Source: Solirubrobacteraceae bacterium
GTDB lineage: Bacteria; Actinomycetota; Thermoleophilia; Solirubrobacterales; Solirubrobacteraceae
Length of the DNA stretch: 64,000 bases
NCBI GenBank assembly: GCA_035499875.1
Contig: DATJXX010000004.1
Coordinates: 4,610-68,609 of the forward strand
Reading direction: 5' to 3'
Under the pieces are notes generated by a model. That model made no database searches, was not told the origin of the DNA, and saw only the letters and a program-made list of their open reading frames with translations. This document shows, piece after piece, positions 57,321 to 64,000 of this stretch. The position numbers were made by a program, and so were the translations under genes. The first letter of the stretch is position 1, and the number at the start of each line of letters is the position of its first letter.

Positions 57321-58277
57321 ATGAGCTTCACCCCGAGGTCGAGGGCGGCGTGGCTGCGCTGGCCGGGGGTCGCGCTCCTGTGCCTCGCCCTCGCGGCCTG
57401 CGGCGAGGCGGCGGCGGGAGCCGGCAGCGATCCCTCCACGACGCACGCCGGCACGCAGCCCAAGCACGCGACCGCAGGTGCCACCACGCGCGCCGGGGCG
57501 AGCGGATCCCAGGACCCGAAGGGCGGCGGCGGTGCCGCCGGCGGGGCGTCTTCGCAGACGGGCGGGGCCTCGGACTCGCAAGCCGGCGGCGGTTCCGGCT
57601 CGCACGCGGGAGGAGCCACGGTGAACGGCGCCGGAGCCTCCGAAGGGACCCGCAAGGAGGTCGCAGACCCCGAGGAAGCGGACAGCTATCCGGCGCCCGC
57701 GAACGTCCACCATGCGTCCGCCGCGACGCCGTCGCGGGCCTCCGAAGCGGCAGTGGCCGCCGGTGCCCTCAGCGACGCGGAAGTCCGGCGGGAGCTGCAC
57801 GAAACCCAGGCCGCCGAAGCGAAGGCCGCCAGCGAACACCACAACCTGGTCCTCAAGCCGGTGCCGGGCGGGCAGTCGATCGGCGGGGACGGCACGATCC
57901 CGATCCCCGCGGGGGTGCCGGAAGTGATCCAGAAGGTGATCGCGGGGGCCAACGAGATCGCGGACTTCCCATACGTCTTCGGTGGTGGCCACGGGTCGTT
58001 CGTGGATCACGCCTACGACTGCTCGGGCTCGGTCAGCTACGCCCTCGCCGCCGGCGGGCTGCTGAGCTCACCCGAGGTGTCGGGCGAACTCGAGCATTGG
58101 GGGGTGCCCGGTCCCGGCCGCTACATCACCGTGTACGCGAACGCGGGGCACACCTACATGTACGTGGACGGCATCCTGTATGACACGGCGGGACGCTCCG
58201 GCGTGTACGCCTCACGGTGGCTGGTGGGCTCGACCGACAACAGCGGTTACGTCGTGCGCCACTGGCCGGGCCTGTAA
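57321..58277 (+). CDS. NlpC/P60-like cell-wall hydrolase, putative lipoprotein
   Basis: Lipobox LAAC; Gly/Ala/Ser linker; PYVFGGGH, YDCSGSVS, HTYM. Confidence 0.85.
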   Translation: MSFTPRSRAAWLRWPGVALLCLALAACGEAAAGAGSDPSTTHAGTQPKHATAGATTRAGASGSQDPKGGGGAAGGASSQTGGASDSQAGGGSGSHAGGATVNGAGASEGTRKEVADPEEADSYPAPANVHHASAATPSRASEAAVAAGALSDAEVRRELHETQAAEAKAASEHHNLVLKPVPGGQSIGGDGTIPIPAGVPEVIQKVIAGANEIADFPYVFGGGHGSFVDHAYDCSGSVSYALAAGGLLSSPEVSGELEHWGVPGPGRYITVYANAGHTYMYVDGILYDTAGRSGVYASRWLVGSTDNSGYVVRHWPGL

Positions 58278-58297
58278 GCGTCGGCCGCGGCCAGGTC

Positions 58298-58465
58298 GTG
58301 GCGCTCGGGGCTCAACTTCTGTGGCTGCCGCTGGCGCTCGGGGGAGAATCCACCGGGCCCGGCGAAAGCACCTTCCTCGGTGTGCTCACGATCATCTCGC
58401 TGGTCGCGGTGGTCGTGGGACTGGGCGCCGTGTGGTACTTCTTCTTCCGCGGGAGGTCGCGCTAG
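58298..58465 (+). CDS. Small membrane protein
   Basis: About 55 aa with one strong TM helix ending WYFFFRGRSR. Confidence 0.5.
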   Translation: MALGAQLLWLPLALGGESTGPGESTFLGVLTIISLVAVVVGLGAVWYFFFRGRSR

Positions 58466-58558
58466 CCCTGCGAGGGAGGTCGCGCTAGCTCCCGCGCGGG
58501 AGGTCGCGCCGACTCGTTCGCGGTGGATCGCGCCGACTCGTTCGCTGTGTATCGCGCT
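58450..58558. repeat. Degenerate 23-25-bp tandem repeats between convergent genes
   Basis: gggaggtcgcgc x3, then tcgcgccgactcgttcgc x2. Confidence 0.75.
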
Positions 58559-58563
58559 CGCGG

Positions 58564-60837
58564 CTAGCGTTTGAGCGTGAAGGCGCTCACCACAATCGCC
58601 GTCGCGGGGTTGTGCACGGCGGCGTTCCTGACCGTGAGGCGCAGGTCCAGTGGTACCTTCTTGACGTGGCGAAGGCCCGCCACCGCGCTTTTCGTGAGCG
58701 TCACGTGCGTGGTGCTGCCACCGCCCTTGAGCGTCACCACCAGCACCGTTCCGATCACGACCTCGGGTTCGGAGCCGGCGGGCAGGTTTTTGGCGAGGCG
58801 CCCATGGATCTTCAAACGCTTGGCCGTCTTCTGGCCGAGCAGGACCTCGAAGTGCCCCGCCACCTGCTCGTTGACCTTGTAGTGGATCGCGACGCCCTTC
58901 CTGAGGGCCGTCTTCAGCGAGTGTGAGACGACATAGGCGCTGGCCACCGGCACCGGCACCGACGCTCCGGTGAGCGTGGTACCGCCGGGCGCGGTGGTCG
59001 TGGTACCCCCTCCAGAGGTCGCGTTCGGTGAGCTACCGCCGCCGCCAGAGGACCCTTCTGGTGAGCCGGGGGGCGTGGAGGAGCCTTCGGCGGGGGGCCC
59101 GATGACGGTTATCGCATGGGAGACCGCGGCGGTGTTGCCGCCGACGTCGGTGACGGTGAGCGTGACCGTGTAGGTGCCCGGGGATTTGTAGGTGTGGTAG
59201 ACCGCTTCGGCGCATTCGGCTTTCCACGGGAGTTCGCAGGGCTCGGACCCCGGGGCGTACCCGGTGATTTCGGAGGAGCCGTCGCCGAAGTTCCATTTCA
59301 CCTTCGCGTAGGTCGCCTGCTTTTCGCCGGTTTTCGTGAAGGTGTCGCCGGCGTTCAGCGTAATGATCGACTCGCCGCTGTCGAAGCCGACGACGTCGTT
59401 CGGTTCGACGGGGCTGATGGCGTTGAATTCGGGTTCCAGCCGGATCCCCGTCATGCAGGGGATGCCGGGGAAGTTCAGGAGCTCCGCGGCGTAGTTGAAG
59501 CTCTCACCCAGGTAGTACTGGTGGCCCGCGATCGACTGGTTGAACAGGTTGCCGGCGCCCGTTTCCAGGTTTGCGGCCGAGGTTCCGCCGATGGTGGGCG
59601 CAAACCAGTTGCGGCACTCGTCGGTGACCTCGTTGCCGACGGCGTCCTGCCAGGAATGGAGCAGGGGGTTGGTGACGATGTTCTGCTGCTGGAGCGCCAC
59701 CTGGTTGATGATCAGGTCGGAGAGACCCACGTCGCAGTAGCCGTCGTCGGTGGGACAGGACTTCTGGTTGGGCTCCTGGATGTGGGGACCTTCGAGTTCG
59801 CGTTTGAGGATGAATTCGGCTTTTTCCTGCGCGTTCATTTTTTCGAAGTTTTTTTCTTCTTCGGGCGTGATTTCTTTCTGTTCCTCGAACTTCTCGATGC
59901 CCGGTTTGCTCGACGGGTCAAAGCCGCCGTCCTGGCAGTAGGGCGCCTCGGTCTGGTCTTCGCCCGCGAGCTGACCGTCGCCGTAGCCGCCGGCGGTCCA
60001 CGGGATCACGCCGTACAGGATCGTTTCCGCGCCGCCTGTTTCGAGCCCGCCCGGATTCACGTCCCCGTGATAGCTGCAGAAGCTGTTTTCGTAGCTTTCG
60101 GCTGTTTCTTCGAATGTAGAGCAGTGGCCTTTTTCGCCGCCTTTGTCAAGGCACACGGCCACCCCGGGAGGTGTGAGGACGTAGTAGATCGAGTTCATCC
60201 CGGACGGGAGGCTCCACTGTTTGATGAAGTACGCGAGGTGGTTGCGGATCTGTTCGTCGGTGAGGCAGGTGATCGCTTTTACTTTGGAGAATTTCTGGGT
60301 TTTGAGCGGGTGGGGATCGGTGCATTCGGCGGGCGGGTACGGCCCGGTGTCGGTGTATGAGCCACGGTAGGTGAGGCGGTTGTAGGCCGGTTCACCTGTG
60401 CGGTCGGTGTACTGGGTGTCCGTCGCGAACACGTCGTTGAAGGCGTTCTCGGACTCGTTGGTGTTCTCGAGGAAGCCGTCGATGTTGGCCTTCCAGTCGT
60501 TGTGGTAGTGGGCGGTGGGGTCCCAGTAGATGAGGTAAACGTTGCTCGCGTGCACCACGGGGTTTCCGCCCGGGTCTTCGAACGTTTCCGGCAGTGGATC
60601 GAAGTTGGTGGCTTTGTTTTCGATCCGCAAGAACGGGCCGTCCTCGATCGTGCCGACCACGGGCGGCGTCACGCCGACGGTGTTGGCTTCCACGGTCTCC
60701 ACCACGGCCCCTGCGGTAGCGGGCAGGAGGACCAAGGCGAAGCATGCGAGCATGGCTGTGGCGCTCGCGAGGAGCAGGCGCGTGGCGGTGCGGGCGGCGC
60801 GGGGCCGCGTGAGGGCGGGGCGGGCAAGAGTGTTCAC
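58564..60837 (-). CDS. Secreted Cys-rich PKD-domain protein with basic C-terminal domain
   Basis: Signal peptide; VYLIYWDP, FCSYHG, GNEVTDEC; PKD motifs WNFGDG and HTYKSPGTYTVTLTVTD. Confidence 0.85.
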   Translation of the reverse strand: MNTLARPALTRPRAARTATRLLLASATAMLACFALVLLPATAGAVVETVEANTVGVTPPVVGTIEDGPFLRIENKATNFDPLPETFEDPGGNPVVHASNVYLIYWDPTAHYHNDWKANIDGFLENTNESENAFNDVFATDTQYTDRTGEPAYNRLTYRGSYTDTGPYPPAECTDPHPLKTQKFSKVKAITCLTDEQIRNHLAYFIKQWSLPSGMNSIYYVLTPPGVAVCLDKGGEKGHCSTFEETAESYENSFCSYHGDVNPGGLETGGAETILYGVIPWTAGGYGDGQLAGEDQTEAPYCQDGGFDPSSKPGIEKFEEQKEITPEEEKNFEKMNAQEKAEFILKRELEGPHIQEPNQKSCPTDDGYCDVGLSDLIINQVALQQQNIVTNPLLHSWQDAVGNEVTDECRNWFAPTIGGTSAANLETGAGNLFNQSIAGHQYYLGESFNYAAELLNFPGIPCMTGIRLEPEFNAISPVEPNDVVGFDSGESIITLNAGDTFTKTGEKQATYAKVKWNFGDGSSEITGYAPGSEPCELPWKAECAEAVYHTYKSPGTYTVTLTVTDVGGNTAAVSHAITVIGPPAEGSSTPPGSPEGSSGGGGSSPNATSGGGTTTTAPGGTTLTGASVPVPVASAYVVSHSLKTALRKGVAIHYKVNEQVAGHFEVLLGQKTAKRLKIHGRLAKNLPAGSEPEVVIGTVLVVTLKGGGSTTHVTLTKSAVAGLRHVKKVPLDLRLTVRNAAVHNPATAIVVSAFTLKR

Positions 60838-60844
60838 GTGCTGC

Positions 60845-60873
60845 TCATCGGCAATGCAGGCGCGGTTCCTTAG
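60845..60873 (-). promoter_or_regulatory. Putative sigma-28/WhiG-type promoter (leaderless)
   Basis: CTAAG-N16-GCCGATGA, 7 nt before GTG 60837. Confidence 0.65.
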
Positions 60874-61028
60874 CCCGAACCGTGTGCAGCGCACAGCAGG
60901 ACGTCGGCGGCACTCACAGGCCACCGACGTTTGATCGCGGCTGAAACTCGAACGTCCGTCCACCCTGCCACGAGGGGCGCGCCGTGGGCGTCGGGTGCAC
61001 CGATCCTCTCCGGAGCGCGCGCGCTCAC

Positions 61029-63485
61029 GTGCCCAACGGTCAACCGATCGCAGTGTCCTCTTCGCAGATCATCCGCCCGCCCCTCCGCTCCCGGACAGCC
61101 GCAGCGCTCTCGCCGCGCCACTGGGTGCGGCGCCTGAATGCCCTGCGGGGCAGCCATCGGAACCTCTGGCTCGCGCTGACGGCAGCGCTGGTGCTCGGCG
61201 GGACGCTCGCCGCGGTGCTCGGGTCAAGCGCGGTGGCGGGCTCAGAAGCGCAGAAAGCGAAGCTGGCGTCGCAGGTGGCCTCGAACGAGATCGCCTCCAC
61301 GCTCAAGCTCGCGATCCAGCACGAGGAAGACCTGGTCGTGTCCGCCAGCGCCTATGTCACCGGCAACCCTCAGGCCACACCCGCGGACTTCGACCGCTGG
61401 GCGAACTCCGTGCAGGCGATGCGCCGCTACCCGGAGCTGCAGAACATCGGGCTCGTGAAGCTGGTGCCGGAGTCGAAGCTGGAGAGCTTCGAGCACTACC
61501 TCGCGACCCACCCGGTGAGGCCGCTCGGTCCCCACTCCGTGGCGCCCGAAGAAGGCTTCCAGGTGCTGCCGCCTGGCAGGCGCCCGTACTACTGCTTCGC
61601 GGTGGCGGGCCTGGCCAGGAGCACGGCCTCCTACATCCCCGGGGGCGCGGACTACTGCTCGCTGGCGCCGGAGCTGATCGGCGGGAGGGACTCCGGGGAA
61701 GCCAGCTACGCGCCCGTCGTGAACGGCGATTCGACCACGCTCGGGGTCTCCACGCCCGTGTACCGCGGCGGCAAGGTGCCGGCGACCGTGGCCAACCGGC
61801 GCGAGGCCTTCGTGGGCTGGCTGGGCGAGCTGCTGGTGCCCGACGTGGTGCTGGCGCGGGCCCTGGAAGGGCGCCCCAACGTGGCGATCCGCTTCCGCTA
61901 CCGCTCGGATACCTCGAACGTCTCGTTCTCGCTGGGCAAGGCGCCGTCCGGGGCGCAGGTGTCGACGATCAACCTGCACAACGGGTGGACCGTCCAGACC
62001 CTGACGGCGCCCGCCCGCACCGGCATCGTCTCCAACACCCACTCGCTCACGCTGCTGGTGGGGGGGACGCTGCTGAGCGTGCTCTTCGGACTGCTGTTGA
62101 TCTCGCTCGGCACCGGCCGCAGGCGGGCGATGGTGATGGTGATGGAGAAGACCCGCGAGCTCTCCCACCAGGCGCTGCACGACTCGTTGACGGGGCTGCC
62201 GAACCGCGCGCTCGTGCTCGATCGCGCCGAACAGATGCTCGCGCGCGCGGCGCGCACGCCCGGCACCTACGCGGGCGCGCTGTTCATCGACATCGACGGC
62301 TTCAAGCACGTCAACGACAACCTCGGCCACGCCGCCGGCGACCAGCTCTTGAAGGTGGTGGGCGAACGACTGCAGAGCGCCGTCCGGGAGGACGACACCG
62401 TGGGGCGCCTCGGCGGCGACGAGTTCGTCGTGCTGGCGTGCTGTGGCGAGGGGGAGGAAACGCTCAACGTGCTCGCCGACCGGCTCACCGACCTGCTGCG
62501 GGAGCCCGTGCAGCTCAAGGACGGGCGCAAGCTGTTCTCGGTGACGGCGAGCATCGGGGTGGCGATCGGCCGCTACGACAGCCCGGAAGCGCTGCTGCGC
62601 GACGCGGATCTCGCCCTGTACTCGGCCAAGGCGGCGGGCAAGGACCGCTACGAGCTGTTCGACGCGAGCATGTACACGGGCGCCAAGGAGCGCCTCAGCC
62701 TGGAGACCGACCTCGGGCAGGCACTCGCGGAGGGACAGCTGTTCCTCGCCTACCAGCCGATCGTCGACCTCTCCAACCAGCGCCTGCGGGGGGTGGAGGC
62801 GCTGCTGCGCTGGCAGCACCCCGAACGGGGGATCGTCATGCCCGAGGACTTCATCTGCCTCGCGGAGGACAGCGGGCTGATCGCCCCGATCGGTCGCTGG
62901 GTGCTGGAGCACGCCTGCCGTCAGGCCGCCGAATGGGCCTCCCGCGGGTACCCCACCAACATCTCGGTGAACGTTTCGGCGCAGCAGCTGGGGCGGCGTG
63001 GGCTCACGGAGGACGTCAGGCATGCGCTCGCGCTGTCCGGCCTGGACCCCTCGTTGCTGACCCTCGAGGTGACCGAGACCACGCTCACCGGCGACGTGCA
63101 GGCGGCGAGAGAGCACCTGCGGATGCTCAAGCAGCTCGGCGTGCGGGTTGCGATCGACGACTTCGGCACGGGTTACGCGTCGCTGTCGCAGCTGCAGCAG
63201 ATGCCGGTGGACGTCCTCAAGATCGACCGCGTGTTCGTGACCGCGCTGGGCAGCGACGAGCAGGCGCGCGACCTGCTCGAAGCGATCCTCGGCGTGGGGC
63301 GGGCGCTGTCGCTGACGGTGATCGCCGAGGGTGTGGAGGACGAATCCCAGCTGGTGGTGCTGCAGGACATGGGCTGCGAGTGCGCGCAGGGCTTCCTGCT
63401 GGGAAGGCCCAGCGACGCCCGCGCGATCCTCGGGCAGCTGGTGAAAGAAGCTGCGAGCGGTGCCGTGGAGGCGTCCACGGCGTAA
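61029..63485 (+). CDS. Membrane CHASE-GGDEF-EAL diguanylate cyclase/phosphodiesterase
   Basis: Two TMs around a CHASE-like domain; HDSLTGLPNR, REDD I-site, GGDEF, EAL, DDFGTG; start uncertain. Confidence 0.92.
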   Translation: MPNGQPIAVSSSQIIRPPLRSRTAAALSPRHWVRRLNALRGSHRNLWLALTAALVLGGTLAAVLGSSAVAGSEAQKAKLASQVASNEIASTLKLAIQHEEDLVVSASAYVTGNPQATPADFDRWANSVQAMRRYPELQNIGLVKLVPESKLESFEHYLATHPVRPLGPHSVAPEEGFQVLPPGRRPYYCFAVAGLARSTASYIPGGADYCSLAPELIGGRDSGEASYAPVVNGDSTTLGVSTPVYRGGKVPATVANRREAFVGWLGELLVPDVVLARALEGRPNVAIRFRYRSDTSNVSFSLGKAPSGAQVSTINLHNGWTVQTLTAPARTGIVSNTHSLTLLVGGTLLSVLFGLLLISLGTGRRRAMVMVMEKTRELSHQALHDSLTGLPNRALVLDRAEQMLARAARTPGTYAGALFIDIDGFKHVNDNLGHAAGDQLLKVVGERLQSAVREDDTVGRLGGDEFVVLACCGEGEETLNVLADRLTDLLREPVQLKDGRKLFSVTASIGVAIGRYDSPEALLRDADLALYSAKAAGKDRYELFDASMYTGAKERLSLETDLGQALAEGQLFLAYQPIVDLSNQRLRGVEALLRWQHPERGIVMPEDFICLAEDSGLIAPIGRWVLEHACRQAAEWASRGYPTNISVNVSAQQLGRRGLTEDVRHALALSGLDPSLLTLEVTETTLTGDVQAAREHLRMLKQLGVRVAIDDFGTGYASLSQLQQMPVDVLKIDRVFVTALGSDEQARDLLEAILGVGRALSLTVIAEGVEDESQLVVLQDMGCECAQGFLLGRPSDARAILGQLVKEAASGAVEASTA

Positions 63486-63499
63486 GAGCCGTGGCGGGA

Positions 63500-63528
63500 C
63501 TAATGCGGATCCCCGGGAGTGCCGATGA
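63500..63528 (+). promoter_or_regulatory. Putative sigma-28/WhiG-type promoter
   Basis: CTAAT-N16-GCCGATGA, 10 nt before ATG 63539. Confidence 0.65.
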
Positions 63529-63538
63529 GGCACCTGTC

Positions 63539-64000
63539 ATGCGCCGCGTAACCGTCATCGGAATCGTCCTCGTGGTCGCCGTCCTCGGTGTCGTCCTCAC
63601 AGTCGCGCTCGCCGGGCGCGGTGCGAAGAGCCACAACGGCTCCAAGAGCGCGTCGTCGAGCGCCGGTAGCGCTGCGACGCAGGTGTCGCTGAACCCGGTG
63701 CAGCGTGCCGCGATCGTTTTCTCCAAGGACGCCGGCCAGGCGTTTTCGACCTTCGACAAGGAGATCTACGTGCCCTACCAGCACGGTGCTTTCAAGTCCG
63801 CCAGCCCGGCGCTGCTCGCGGCCGCCGGGCGGACGGCCCTGCAGGTCTCCGAAGAGATCCACGCGGCCACGCTGGCGGCAGACCAGAGCCCGCAGCTCGC
63901 TCAGCTGAGGGCGCCGATGAAGGGCCTCGACGAAGGCTTCAAAGCGGCGCTCGTGAAGCTCAAGCAGGGCCACTTCAACTTCGGCGAAATCCAGGCCGCC
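63539..64000 (+). CDS. Hypothetical exported or membrane-anchored helical protein (3' partial)
   Basis: MRRVTVIGIVLVVAVLGVVLTVALAG..., open to the window end. Confidence 0.7.
   Translation, partial: MRRVTVIGIVLVVAVLGVVLTVALAGRGAKSHNGSKSASSSAGSAATQVSLNPVQRAAIVFSKDAGQAFSTFDKEIYVPYQHGAFKSASPALLAAAGRTALQVSEEIHAATLAADQSPQLAQLRAPMKGLDEGFKAALVKLKQGHFNFGEIQAA

Overview
GC-rich bacterial chromosome segment. Gene content, leaderless promoters and protein styles point to Actinomycetota class Thermoleophilia (Solirubrobacterales-like); this is an inference. It is mostly core genome: pyrE, class A PBP, infA, thiL, treT-otsA, rpsF...ssb-rpsR-rplI-dnaB-purA, tatC, a long minus-strand heme/menaquinone/Rieske-cytochrome b cluster, ddl, and tRNA-Arg(CCT) and tRNA-Lys(CTT). 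Several large secreted or surface proteins are interspersed, along with a CHASE-GGDEF-EAL enzyme. I found no integrase, transposase or CRISPR array. The most notable signals are: (1) a recurring sigma-28/WhiG-type promoter (CTA-x-x, N16, G-C/T-CGA-T/A-GA) before four to five non-flagellar genes, two of which flank the c-di-GMP enzyme; (2) a perfect LexA box before dnaB, which is translationally coupled to a DnaC/IstB-like loader; (3) a shared basic C-terminal domain on otherwise unrelated acidic secreted proteins; (4) a ~180-nt structured element between infA and thiL; (5) a catalytically degenerate M28-fold membrane protein among GT-C glycosyltransferases. All calls come from reading motifs by eye; no database searches were run, and start codons are best estimates.
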